Shown piece by piece: positions 20,016 through 29,561 of a stretch of DNA of 64,000 nt. The stretch's first letter is position 1. Every line of letters starts with the position of its first letter. Origin of the DNA: Porcipelethomonas sp. (GTDB lineage: Bacteria > Bacillota > Clostridia > Oscillospirales > Ruminococcaceae); the NCBI RefSeq assembly GCF_051893655.1, contig NZ_JBJFHN010000130.1, positions 6,762 through 70,761 on the forward strand. The letters run 5' to 3'. The translations under genes and the position numbers were made by a program. Below the pieces are notes generated by a model. It was not told the origin of the DNA. It ran no database searches and saw only the letters and a program-made list of their open reading frames with translations.

Positions 20016-21239
20016 ATGAGGCTCAGAAAATTATTTTCTTCTGAAAGTATCCTGAGTATGAAAAAATTCGGGAAACCTGTATCTAAAAGCAGTATTCAGT
20101 TTCTTACGTCATTAAGCTGCGTTCTCATTATTGTGCAGGTGATCGTTTATATACTGCCTATACTTGCACATCTTAACCGATGGAATATGTATTTGCCGCT
20201 GCTGGCATTGCAGGTATTTTGCGTGTGCTTATCGTTCAAACATAAAAGGCTGCCATGTACAGTAGGATTTATGAGTTCTGCTTTGTTCGTCGGAATTACT
20301 ATTTACTATCTGATAAAAGGTGATTTTAACAGCTTATTTGATATAAATATTTCAGGGTCTTATTTCTATGAATCCGTTTTAAAGCTTGCATTTGAGCTTT
20401 TACCGATACTATTTTGTTTAGCGTTTTTGGTTATTCAGATATTTATATTTGTCACCTTGATTGTGACGTATAGGGAAAAGAGAGAAAATATTCGTAAAGA
20501 TAACAGAAGGATATTTATTGCAGTAAAGATAATCGGCACTGTCGCCGGCAGCTGTATTCTTATTTTTATTGAGGCGTTTATTAATTCCGGTTTATGGAAA
20601 TTTGACAACAGTAATGAAATGGAAAGATTTCTGGAGAAAAAATATTCTGAAGATTTTGTTATTAACGGAATCGAAAGTCAGGCTGAAAATATCAGAATTT
20701 ACTCTGTTTCTCCTGCGGATAATCCCGATGTTGTTTTTTATGCCAGCACAGGCTGGTATGATGGGAGTTGGGACGGCTTGCTTCCATTTTATAGTTTTCC
20801 GTCAAAACGCAGTAATACAGATAACTATGCTTCCGCTGTGTGGCTTAAATATACACAGGAAAACAGTATAAATACATCTGTAACTGATGATGCTTTAAAA
20901 AATATGGATTATGCTGATATTAACGGCGAAAGAATATGCAACTGGAAACATGGCTGTGACGAGGTTAATTTTAAGATTACTAAAAATGATGATCTCATGC
21001 AGAGGATCGATGAAATATATGAAGCTTATTGTGAACTGAATGAGTTAAAGCCTTTCTGTGATTTTCCGGAAACAGATGAAGAGTATGAAAGGTCTGACTA
21101 TGCAAGACATTCAGGCGGAGCAGTGTTGTTTGTCGATACGTGGAACGGCATGAAATACATAGCTTTAAAGTATCCATATACAAAAGAGCGGATTTATGAA
21201 AAAATAGTCAGCTTAAATATTGACGAAAGAACAACTTAA
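20016..21239 (+). CDS. Hypothetical membrane protein (about 5 TM plus soluble C-terminal domain)
   Basis: 407-aa ORF with a hydrophobic N-terminal half; C-terminal domain starts ERFLEKKYSEDF. Confidence 0.7.
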   Translation: MRLRKLFSSESILSMKKFGKPVSKSSIQFLTSLSCVLIIVQVIVYILPILAHLNRWNMYLPLLALQVFCVCLSFKHKRLPCTVGFMSSALFVGITIYYLIKGDFNSLFDINISGSYFYESVLKLAFELLPILFCLAFLVIQIFIFVTLIVTYREKRENIRKDNRRIFIAVKIIGTVAGSCILIFIEAFINSGLWKFDNSNEMERFLEKKYSEDFVINGIESQAENIRIYSVSPADNPDVVFYASTGWYDGSWDGLLPFYSFPSKRSNTDNYASAVWLKYTQENSINTSVTDDALKNMDYADINGERICNWKHGCDEVNFKITKNDDLMQRIDEIYEAYCELNELKPFCDFPETDEEYERSDYARHSGGAVLFVDTWNGMKYIALKYPYTKERIYEKIVSLNIDERTT

Positions 21240-21266
21240 AAATATTAAATTAAAGGAATGATATAA

Positions 21267-23675
21267 ATGAGTGAGAAGTATAATTTTACCGCCATAGAAA
21301 AAAAGTGGCAGAATTATTGGGATGAACATAATACTTTCAGGGCAGGAACTGACTATTCAAAGCCTAAGTTTTACGCTTTGGTAGAGTTTCCGTATCCGTC
21401 CGGACAGGGACTTCATATAGGGCACCCACGTCCATATACTGCTATGGATATAGTTGCCAGAAAAAGACGTCTGGAAGGCTACAATGTTCTTTTCCCTATG
21501 GGTTGGGACGCTTTTGGTCTGCCTACAGAAAACTATGCTATAAAAAATAAGATTCATCCCGCAATAGTAACTGAAAAGAATATTGCACATTTTAAAGATC
21601 AGCTTAAGATGCTGGGACTTTCTTTTGACTGGGAAAGAGAAGTGAATACAACTGATCCGGAATATTATAAATGGACTCAGTGGATTTTTATTCAGATGTT
21701 CAACAAAGGACTCGCTTACAAAAAGGAAATGGCTGTAAACTGGTGTACTTCATGTAAGGTGGTACTTGCCAATGAAGAGGTCGTAGGCGGATGCTGTGAA
21801 CGCTGCGGAGGAGAGGTTATAAGAAAGGTAAAATCTCAGTGGATGCTGAAAATTACTGAATATGCACAGAGACTTCTTGATGACCTTTCAGAAGTAAACT
21901 ACCTTGATAAAATCAAGTCTACACAGACAAACTGGATAGGACGTTCCACAGGTGCGGAAGTCAACTTCGGTTCTACTGCCGGAGATATTCTGACAGTCTA
22001 TACAACAAGACCAGATACACTTTTCGGTGCTACATATATGGTAATTGCACCTGAACATCCGTTTATTGAAAAATGGGCTGACAAGCTCGAAAATATGGAT
22101 GAAATAAAGGCTTATCAGGAAAAGGCAGCAAAGAAATCTGATTTTGACAGAACTGAAATGAACAAGGAAAAAACCGGCGTTGAACTTAAAGGCGTAAAGG
22201 GAATAAATCCTGTGAACGGACGGGAAATTCCGATTTTCATTTCAGACTATGTTCTTATGTCTTATGGTACTGGAGCTATTATGGCTGTTCCTGCACATGA
22301 TACCCGTGACTATGAATTTGCAAAAGTATTTAATCTTCCTATCATTGAAGTGGTGAAAGGCGGAGATATTGAAAAGGAAGCATTTACAGACTGTGCAACA
22401 GGTACTATGGTAAACAGCGGTTTCCTGGACGGTCTGACTGTTGATGAAGCCAAGGAAAAAATGAAGAAGTGGCTTGAAGAAAACGGCAAGGGTACTCCGA
22501 AGGTCAACTACAAACTCAGAGACTGGGTATTCTCACGTCAGCGTTACTGGGGCGAGCCTATACCTATTGTGTACTGTGAAAAGTGCGGTTATGTGGCACT
22601 GCCTGAAAGCGAGCTGCCGCTGACTCTGCCTGATGTTGAAAGCTATATGCCGACTGATAACGGAGAAAGTCCGCTGTCAACTCTTGACAGCTTTATAAAT
22701 ACAACCTGTCCTCACTGCGGAGGTCCGGCAAAGAGGGAAACTGATACTATGCCTCAGTGGGCAGGTTCTTCATGGTATTTCTTAAGATACTGCGATCCGC
22801 ATAATAAAAATGAGCTTGCTTCCAAGGAAGCTCTTGATTACTGGATGCCGGTTGACTGGTACAACGGCGGTATGGAGCATACTACTCTTCATCTGCTCTA
22901 TTCACGTTTCTGGCATAAATTCCTGTATGATATCGGAGTTACAACAACCAAAGAGCCTTATATGAAGCGTACTTCACATGGAATGATTCTGGGCGAGGAC
23001 GGACAGAAAATGTCCAAATCCAGAGGAAATGTTATAAATCCGGATGACGTTGTAAAGGAATACGGCGCTGATACGCTGCGTCTGTATGAAATGTTTATAG
23101 GTGATTTTGAAAAGACTGCTCCGTGGAGTCCTTCAAGCATAAAGGGCTGCAAGAGATTCCTTGACAGAGTCTGGGCACTTCAGGACTGCATTATTGACGG
23201 TGATGAATACAGGGAAGAACTTATGCCGTCCTTCCATAAAACAATTAAGAAGGTAAGCGAGGATATTGAAAACCTTAAGTTCAATACGGCTATTGCTGCT
23301 ATGATGGCGCTGATAAATGAAATTTATGCGGTTGGAAGCATTAACCGTGCAGAACTCAGAACACTTCTGATACTTCTTAATCCGTTTGCACCGCATATTA
23401 CTGAAGAAATGTATGCTAATAATTTTGACGGAATACTTAACGAACAACAATGGGTTAAATATGATGAAAGTCTCTGCGTTGAAAACACAGTTGAAATCGT
23501 CGCACAGGTCAATGGTAAAATAAAGGCAAAGCTTGTTGTTCCTGTTGACGGAAATAAGGATGAAATTATCGCTCAGGCACTTTCAGACGCTAAAATTAAA
23601 GAGGCGACAGACGGTAAAAATATCATTAAACAGATATATGTACCAAATAAACTAATTAATTTTGTTGTAAAGTAA
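21267..23675 (+). CDS. leuS: Leucine--tRNA ligase
   Basis: [13 protein letters not shown] (HIGH), GWDAFGLP, editing domain TTRPDT / [17 protein letters not shown]. Confidence 0.97.
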   Translation: MSEKYNFTAIEKKWQNYWDEHNTFRAGTDYSKPKFYALVEFPYPSGQGLHIGHPRPYTAMDIVARKRRLEGYNVLFPMGWDAFGLPTENYAIKNKIHPAIVTEKNIAHFKDQLKMLGLSFDWEREVNTTDPEYYKWTQWIFIQMFNKGLAYKKEMAVNWCTSCKVVLANEEVVGGCCERCGGEVIRKVKSQWMLKITEYAQRLLDDLSEVNYLDKIKSTQTNWIGRSTGAEVNFGSTAGDILTVYTTRPDTLFGATYMVIAPEHPFIEKWADKLENMDEIKAYQEKAAKKSDFDRTEMNKEKTGVELKGVKGINPVNGREIPIFISDYVLMSYGTGAIMAVPAHDTRDYEFAKVFNLPIIEVVKGGDIEKEAFTDCATGTMVNSGFLDGLTVDEAKEKMKKWLEENGKGTPKVNYKLRDWVFSRQRYWGEPIPIVYCEKCGYVALPESELPLTLPDVESYMPTDNGESPLSTLDSFINTTCPHCGGPAKRETDTMPQWAGSSWYFLRYCDPHNKNELASKEALDYWMPVDWYNGGMEHTTLHLLYSRFWHKFLYDIGVTTTKEPYMKRTSHGMILGEDGQKMSKSRGNVINPDDVVKEYGADTLRLYEMFIGDFEKTAPWSPSSIKGCKRFLDRVWALQDCIIDGDEYREELMPSFHKTIKKVSEDIENLKFNTAIAAMMALINEIYAVGSINRAELRTLLILLNPFAPHITEEMYANNFDGILNEQQWVKYDESLCVENTVEIVAQVNGKIKAKLVVPVDGNKDEIIAQALSDAKIKEATDGKNIIKQIYVPNKLINFVVK

Positions 23676-23694
23676 CAAAATTAAAATTAAGAGC

Positions 23695-23723
23695 TTGACA
23701 TCACACAATAAATGTGATAAAAT
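23695..23723 (+). promoter_or_regulatory. SigA promoter of rpsU
   Basis: TTGACA, 17 bp spacer, extended -10 TGn-TAAAAT. Confidence 0.75.
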
Positions 23724-23877
23724 GAAATGTATCAATAGAAAATATACATTTTGTTGCAACAGGAAAAGGTTTGATAGCTGACATTCACATTTTTATGTGA
23801 AATGATTAGTATATATTTGGGATTGCAGGATGCGGTCCTGAAAAACCTCTGTCTTTGGGACAAAGGGAGGGAAAATA

Positions 23878-24051
23878 GTGGCAGAAGTTCGCGTTGGAAA
23901 AAACGAATCCTTAGATACAGCTCTTAAGCGTTTTAAGAGATCTTGTGCAAAGGATGGCGTAATCGCTGAAGTTCGTAAGAGAGAACACTACGAAAAGCCT
24001 TCAGTAAAGCGTAAGAAAAAGTCTGAGGCAGCTCGTAAGCGCAAATATTAA
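23878..24051 (+). CDS. rpsU: 30S ribosomal protein S21 (not in ORF track; 57 aa, GTG start)
   Basis: Manual translation: [64 protein letters not shown] upstream. Confidence 0.97.
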   Translation: MAEVRVGKNESLDTALKRFKRSCAKDGVIAEVRKREHYEKPSVKRKKKSEAARKRKY

Positions 24052-24092
24052 TTTGTTTTAAACAATTAAACTTGGTGTACAAGCTAAAAGAC

Positions 24093-24120
24093 AAAAAAGC
24101 GGGCGAAAGCTCGCTTTTTC
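24093..24120 (+). terminator. Intrinsic terminator after rpsU
   Basis: AAAAAGCGGGC-GAAA-GCTCGCTTTTT. Confidence 0.8.
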
Positions 24121-24192
24121 GTTTACCGGAGTCTGTTTCCTGTTGAATCGACAGGGAATTTAAGTATAATAATAAATGCGGAGGGGACAGCT

Positions 24193-24681
24193 ATGCTTTT
24201 TAAGGCGGACTTTGCTTTTAAACGTGTAACAGAAATTTCTCCTGAATTTTTAAAGTCCCAGAATATAAAGGGATTGCTTCTTGATCTTGATAATACACTG
24301 ACTACTCATGATAATCCAGTGCCGGCGGAAGGAGTTCTGGACTGGATTGCTGATGTGAAATCCTCAGGAGTAAAAATGGTGATTGTTTCAAATAATCATC
24401 CGCCCAGAGTAAAGCCTTTTGCAGATATGCTGGGACTTGATTTTATTTGTGAGGGTAAAAAGCCGCTTTCAAGCGGGTTTAACCGTGCGCAGAAAATGAT
24501 GAATATACCTTTTTCTCAGCTCGCCGTTGTAGGAGATCAGATTTTTACTGATATGCTGGGGGCAAATCTTAAAAGAGTAAGAGGCATTTTTGTGTATCCT
24601 ATTGAGCATGAAAAGACAAAATTTTTTAAATTGAAGAGATGGGCAGAAAAGCCGTTTCTTCCAAAGCTTACACAAAACTAG
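24193..24681 (+). CDS. yqeG: YqeG family HAD-IIIA phosphatase
   Basis: LLDLDNTL, IVSNN, KP, VVGDQIFTDMLGAN. Confidence 0.9.
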   Translation: MLFKADFAFKRVTEISPEFLKSQNIKGLLLDLDNTLTTHDNPVPAEGVLDWIADVKSSGVKMVIVSNNHPPRVKPFADMLGLDFICEGKKPLSSGFNRAQKMMNIPFSQLAVVGDQIFTDMLGANLKRVRGIFVYPIEHEKTKFFKLKRWAEKPFLPKLTQN

Positions 24682-24693
24682 CAGGGGGTTAAT

Positions 24694-25170
24694 ATGGCAC
24701 GTTCAGGAATTATTAAATGCGGAAAAAAGCAGAGAAATACATGCCTGGCAGCGATTGCTGCTGGTATTGCTTTTTTAGTCATGTCACTGATTTTTAAAAT
24801 TGACGAAAAAAGTGCAGTGATAATGCTTATCTCAAGTATACTGGTTATAATTTGCGGTATTATTTTATTGATATTCAGTGTCAGGAGCTCTTATGAATAT
24901 AATGAAAGCGGATTTTCACATAAACCGGAAATAGGTAAAAAACGTAATTATACTTATTATGATATTAAAGCTGCATATAATTATGAATTTAATTATCGGA
25001 ATGTTCATCAGAAGGGTATTAAACTGATTATGAATGACGGTAAAAAGTATACGATATGTGATGAATTTCCGGGAGCTGAAACTTTTATCGAAATTGTCAG
25101 GGAAAATACTGGTAACGACAAATTCTATAATGATAGCTACTGCTACAGTCATAATATAAAAGAATTATAA
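24694..25170 (+). CDS. Hypothetical 2-TM membrane protein with PH-like C-terminal domain
   Basis: Two TM helices, then YEYNESGF...YTYYDI...MNDGKKY; paralogous to the next gene. Confidence 0.65.
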   Translation: MARSGIIKCGKKQRNTCLAAIAAGIAFLVMSLIFKIDEKSAVIMLISSILVIICGIILLIFSVRSSYEYNESGFSHKPEIGKKRNYTYYDIKAAYNYEFNYRNVHQKGIKLIMNDGKKYTICDEFPGAETFIEIVRENTGNDKFYNDSYCYSHNIKEL

Positions 25171-25187
25171 TAATCAAGGAGATAAAT

Positions 25188-25754
25188 ATGATTGAAAATA
25201 TTTTTACTCATATTATCAGTCATGTTGTTACCAAAAGGTCTGAAATATTTCTTAAAAAGTATGATAAAAAGCAGGAAAAAATAAACGAACTGGAATTTTC
25301 TTACAGGGTAAAGTGTGGAAAGAGCAATATGGTTTCAGGAATATTTTTCCTGATTTTTTCGTTGCCGTGGCTTACAATGGCAATATTTTCAGATTATATT
25401 GAACTGGATGCGGATACTGCAATAGCAATGATAATAATGGGGATGTTTTTTGGACTGTTTGGGATATTTTTACTTTTATATCCAAAACTTTACTGGTTTG
25501 AATATGACGGAAACGGATTTACAGTAAAATATTTTTTCAGAAAAAAGTATTATTCATACTCAGAAATATCAGGGGTATACTTTCATTTTCAAGGACTGAT
25601 AATAGTTCTGAATGATGGTAAAAAGTATTGTATTACTGAAGAAATGTGCGGCAGTGAAAGAATGACTGAATATGTTCTTTCAGTAATTGATGAAGACAAA
25701 ATTCACAGTGATTATTATGATTATAAAAACAGGGAGGATAAACATGTCAGCTAA
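25188..25754 (+). CDS. Hypothetical 2-TM membrane protein with PH-like C-terminal domain
   Basis: Two TM helices, then FEYDGNGF...YSYSEI...LNDGKKY. Confidence 0.65.
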   Translation: MIENIFTHIISHVVTKRSEIFLKKYDKKQEKINELEFSYRVKCGKSNMVSGIFFLIFSLPWLTMAIFSDYIELDADTAIAMIIMGMFFGLFGIFLLLYPKLYWFEYDGNGFTVKYFFRKKYYSYSEISGVYFHFQGLIIVLNDGKKYCITEEMCGSERMTEYVLSVIDEDKIHSDYYDYKNREDKHVS

Positions 25755-26595
25755 ATTCGGACCTGCGGGAAATTCGGACAGCTTTTCCGCAAAATATAAA
25801 TCATCTTCTGACGCTCCGGTGTTCTTAAAGGAAATGGGACTGGATTGTTATGAATATCAATGCGGCAGAGGAGTTAAAGTAAGCGATAAATCGGCTTCGG
25901 CTATACGCTCCAAGGCGGAGGAAACAGGAATAACCCTTTCACTTCATGCACCGTATTTTATCTCATTGTCCTCAGTTGAACCGGAAAAGCGTGATAACAG
26001 CATAAATTACATAATTCAAAGCTGTGACGCTGCTTCAAGAATCGGTGCGGACAGAATTGTTATTCACAGCGGATCCTGTTCAAAAATGACTCGTCAAGAG
26101 GCTCTGGAGCTTGCAAAGGATACCCTTACAAGAGCAAGAAAACAAGCAGTTGAACAGGGGTATGAAAAGATTCATTTTTGCCCTGAAACAATGGGAAAAA
26201 CAAATCAGCTGGGAAATCTCACAGAAGTACTGGAGCTTTGTAAGCTTGATGAAACATTTATCCCGTGCATTGATTTCGGACATCTTAACGCCAGAACTTT
26301 TGGCAGTATCAAATCTGCCGGAGATTACGAAAAAATGCTTGATGAGATTGAAAATACGCTTGGTGCGGACAGACTGAAAATTTTTCACAGCCATTTTTCC
26401 AAGATTATGTATACTAATCCGGGAGGAGAAAAAAAGCATCTTACCTTTGAGGATCAGGAATATGGTCCGGAATATGAACCGCTTATGGAACTTATTGCAA
26501 AGAAAAATCTCTCTCCGGTATTTATATGCGAAAGTGCCGGAACACAGGCAGAGGACGCATTGAAAATGAAAAAAAGCTATATAAGCTTTAAATAA
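25744..26595 (+). CDS. nfo: Endonuclease IV-like (AP endonuclease 2) TIM-barrel protein
   Basis: Metal-ligand motifs SLHAPYFISL, VIHSG, PETMGK, IDFGH, HSHFS and ICES. Confidence 0.82.
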   Translation: MSAKFGPAGNSDSFSAKYKSSSDAPVFLKEMGLDCYEYQCGRGVKVSDKSASAIRSKAEETGITLSLHAPYFISLSSVEPEKRDNSINYIIQSCDAASRIGADRIVIHSGSCSKMTRQEALELAKDTLTRARKQAVEQGYEKIHFCPETMGKTNQLGNLTEVLELCKLDETFIPCIDFGHLNARTFGSIKSAGDYEKMLDEIENTLGADRLKIFHSHFSKIMYTNPGGEKKHLTFEDQEYGPEYEPLMELIAKKNLSPVFICESAGTQAEDALKMKKSYISFK

Positions 26596-26610
26596 AGGAA
26601 GGATAAAAAT

Positions 26611-27045
26611 ATGAAGAAATTACTTGTTGTAAACGGTCCGAATCTTAATCTTCTGGGAGAACGTGAGCCGGGAATTTACGGCGATGATACATATGAATCC
26701 CTGTGCGATATGATTATGGACAAGGCTGAAAATATGGGAATCAAATGCGAGGTGTTCCAGTCAAATCATGAGGGAGCAATTATTGATAAGCTCCATGCTG
26801 CAAGAAAAAGCTTTGACGGCGTAGTGCTTAATGCCGGAGCATTTACTCATTACAGTTATGCTATTCGTGACGCAATTGCAGCAATTAAAATTCCTGTTAT
26901 TGAAGTCCATATAAGCAATGTTTTCGCAAGAGATGATTTCAGAAAAAATTCTGTTATTGCTCCTGTATGCAAGGGCAGTATTTCGGGATTTGGATTTGCT
27001 TCATATTTTATGGCAATGGACGCACTGGTGAAGTATAATGGATAA
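26611..27045 (+). CDS. aroQ: Type II 3-dehydroquinate dehydratase
   Basis: NGPNLNLLGEREPGIYG, QSNHEG, NAGAFTHYS, EVHISN. Confidence 0.96.
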   Translation: MKKLLVVNGPNLNLLGEREPGIYGDDTYESLCDMIMDKAENMGIKCEVFQSNHEGAIIDKLHAARKSFDGVVLNAGAFTHYSYAIRDAIAAIKIPVIEVHISNVFARDDFRKNSVIAPVCKGSISGFGFASYFMAMDALVKYNG

Positions 27046-28099
27046 ATTAAATGAACTTAAACTGCCGGACAATGCAGACGGAGCACTTATTACTTCTGAT
27101 ATCAACAGAAGATATTTTACAGGTATGAAATCATCAGCAGGAATGATTCTTAAATTTAAAGAATGCTCATATCTGATAATAGATTTCAGGTATATTGAAA
27201 AAGCAAGAAATACTGTGAAAAACTGTACAGTTATAGAGCAGGAAAATCTTTCCGAACAAATAAGAGAGTTGATGAAAAGGCACAATGCAAAATCACTGGC
27301 AGTTGAATCTATGGATATGACAGTCCACAGACTTCACTTTTTTGAGGAAAAATTTCCTGAAATTGAGTTTATAAAATCAGATGAACTCAGCAATAATATA
27401 TATGATATGAGAACTGTCAAAACTCCTGAAGAAATTTCAAAAATCCGGAAAGCTCAGGGCATTGCTGAAAAAGCATTCATTGAAATTCTGGATTTTATAA
27501 GGGAAGGCGTTACTGAACGTGAAATAGCTTTGAAGCTTGACAGCTGTATGATGGAAAATGGTGCGGAATCCATGTCTTTTGAAACTATCGCTCTTGCCGG
27601 AGCCAATACGTCTATGCCTCATGGAGTACCGGGAAGCTATAAGGTGAAAAAAGGCGATTTTGTACTTATGGACTTCGGCGCTGTATATGATGGCTATCAC
27701 AGCGATATGACAAGAACTGTATGTGTAGGGGAGCCTTCAGATAAAATGAAACAGGTTTACAATATAGTTCTTGACGCACAGCTTACAGCTCTTGACAGAG
27801 TTAAAGCCGGTATTACCGGAAAGAAAATGGATTCATACGCAAGAGATATAATTGAAGCTGCAGGCTTTGGTGAATGCTTCGGGCATTCCTTAGGGCATGG
27901 TGTGGGCATGGAAATACATGAATTTCCAACAGCGTCTTCAAAATCTGAAACCATACTGAAAGAAAACATGGTCGTTACTGTAGAACCGGGAATTTATATT
28001 CCGGGAGAATTTGGTGTAAGGATTGAAGATTTCGTTGTTGTGACTGAAAATTCCCATGAAAATTTAACAAAATGCCCTAAAAAACTTATAATTTTATAA
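27038..28099 (+). CDS. Xaa-Pro aminopeptidase (M24)
   Basis: DFGA..DGYHSDMTRT, HSLGHGVG.EIHE, TVEPGIY, GVRIED; conserved position upstream of efp. Confidence 0.93.
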   Translation: MDKLNELKLPDNADGALITSDINRRYFTGMKSSAGMILKFKECSYLIIDFRYIEKARNTVKNCTVIEQENLSEQIRELMKRHNAKSLAVESMDMTVHRLHFFEEKFPEIEFIKSDELSNNIYDMRTVKTPEEISKIRKAQGIAEKAFIEILDFIREGVTEREIALKLDSCMMENGAESMSFETIALAGANTSMPHGVPGSYKVKKGDFVLMDFGAVYDGYHSDMTRTVCVGEPSDKMKQVYNIVLDAQLTALDRVKAGITGKKMDSYARDIIEAAGFGECFGHSLGHGVGMEIHEFPTASSKSETILKENMVVTVEPGIYIPGEFGVRIEDFVVVTENSHENLTKCPKKLIIL

Positions 28100-28105
28100 A
28101 AAGTA

Positions 28106-28134
28106 TTGAAAATTTTCGGAGTTTGTAGTATAAT
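28106..28134 (+). promoter_or_regulatory. SigA promoter of efp
   Basis: TTGAAA, 17 bp spacer, TATAAT. Confidence 0.7.
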
Positions 28135-28185
28135 ATAAATTAAGTTGCTACTAATTTTTAGTATGTTAAATTTTGGAGGTATTTT

Positions 28186-28743
28186 ATGATTTCAGCAGGC
28201 GATTTCAGAAACGGCGTTACATTTGAACTTGAAGGAAACGTTGTTCAGATTATCGAATTTCAGCACGTTAAGCCGGGTAAGGGTGCGGCTTTCGTAAGAA
28301 CAAAATTCAAAAATGTTATTACAGGAGCTGTGGTTGAACGTTCATTCAGCCCTACAGATAAATTCCCGACTGCATTTATCGAAAGAAAAGATATGCAGTA
28401 TTCTTACAATGACGGTCAGCTTTACTATTTTATGGATACTGAAACATATGAACAGCTTCCTATCGGTGAAGATGTTCTGGGTGACAATTTCAAATTTGTA
28501 AAGGAAGAAATGATCTGTAAGATCTGTTCATATAAGGGCAATGTATTTGCAGTTGAACCGCCCACATTTGTTGAGCTTGAGATTACAGAAACAGAACCAG
28601 GCGTTAAGGGCGATACAGCTACAAACGCAACAAAACCTGCTACTGTGGAAACGGGTGCGGAAGTCAGAGTTCCTCTGTTCATAAATCAGGGCGACAGAAT
28701 TCGTATTGATACAAGAACAGGTGAATATATGGAAAGAGCTTAA
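28186..28743 (+). CDS. efp: Elongation factor P
   Basis: [32 protein letters not shown]. Confidence 0.97.
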   Translation: MISAGDFRNGVTFELEGNVVQIIEFQHVKPGKGAAFVRTKFKNVITGAVVERSFSPTDKFPTAFIERKDMQYSYNDGQLYYFMDTETYEQLPIGEDVLGDNFKFVKEEMICKICSYKGNVFAVEPPTFVELEITETEPGVKGDTATNATKPATVETGAEVRVPLFINQGDRIRIDTRTGEYMERA

Positions 28744-28779
28744 GAATAATATTTAATTAACTTGAAGGAGGGCTATCTG

Positions 28780-29226
28780 ATGAAGCTTACTGAAAAAATG
28801 TCTTATCTGAAGGGATTGCTTGATGGTCTGGAAATTGACACATCTACAAAGGAAGGCAAGCTGCTTGTTCAGATGACTGAGGTTATGCAGGAAATGGTAA
28901 CTTGTGTTGATGATCTTCAGACGCAGGTCGATGATCTTACAGAACTTTGCGATATCCTTGATTCTGATCTTGGGGATGTTGAAGAGGATCTGTATAGTTT
29001 TGATGAATGCGACTGTGATGATTGCTGCGATGATGATTGTGATGACTTTGATCTGGACAGTGACGAGCTTTATGAAGTATGCTGTCCTAATTGCGGTGAA
29101 ACAGTTATTCTTGATGAATATATGCTTGAGGAAGGTTCAATTGACTGCCCTAACTGCGGTCTGAATCTTGAGTTTGATTATTTTGATGATGTTGAACTCG
29201 CTGAACCTACTGACAGTGAAGAATAA
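28780..29226 (+). CDS. CD1247-like acidic protein with C-terminal Zn ribbon
   Basis: N-terminus SYLKGLLDGL...KEGKLL, Asp/Cys-rich linker, two CPNC pairs; typical efp neighbour in Clostridia. Confidence 0.75.
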   Translation: MKLTEKMSYLKGLLDGLEIDTSTKEGKLLVQMTEVMQEMVTCVDDLQTQVDDLTELCDILDSDLGDVEEDLYSFDECDCDDCCDDDCDDFDLDSDELYEVCCPNCGETVILDEYMLEEGSIDCPNCGLNLEFDYFDDVELAEPTDSEE

Positions 29227-29242
29227 TATTTATTGAAATCTG

Positions 29243-29273
29243 TCCGGCAGTTTTGTTGACTGCCGGATTTTTT
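29243..29273 (+). terminator. Intrinsic terminator
   Basis: TCCGGCAGT / ACTGCCGGA followed by TTTTT. Confidence 0.8.
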
Positions 29274-29292
29274 CGACATAAAATAATAAGTA

Positions 29293-29321
29293 TTGACAAA
29301 CAGTATGGAAACGTGTATAAT
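29293..29321 (+). promoter_or_regulatory. SigA promoter of the SAM riboswitch-metK unit
   Basis: TTGACA, 17 bp spacer, TATAAT. Confidence 0.85.
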
Positions 29322-29341
29322 ATAAATAAGAAAAAATTTCG

Positions 29342-29497
29342 CCTTATCAAGAGTGGTGGAGGAACAGGTCCTGTGAAGCCCGGCAACCTAATTGTGAAAT
29401 AATCAAGAAAGGTGCTAATTCCTGCGGTTAATCCGAGAGATGAGGATTTTTTTAAAAATCATTACGTTCGGGTTTATCACCTGAACGTTTTTCTTTT
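29342..29497 (+). ncRNA. SAM-I (S-box) riboswitch with terminator
   Basis: CTTATCAAGAG.GGTGGAGG.AC.GG.CC..TGAAGCCCGGCAACC...AAGGTGCTAATTCC...AGATGAG, then terminator ACGTTCGGGT/ACCTGAACGT plus T-tract; upstream of metK. Confidence 0.96.
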
Positions 29498-29561
29498 ATA
29501 AAGGTGAATATTTTCTGAATTTTTGGAAAGGAGGCTGTCTTATAAAGACAGCAACGAAAAA

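Noticed and set aside
23700-23718. ATCACA-N7-TGTGAT inverted repeat in the rpsU promoter spacer
   Set aside because: The arms are only 6 bp and partly made of promoter elements, so it cannot be told from chance.
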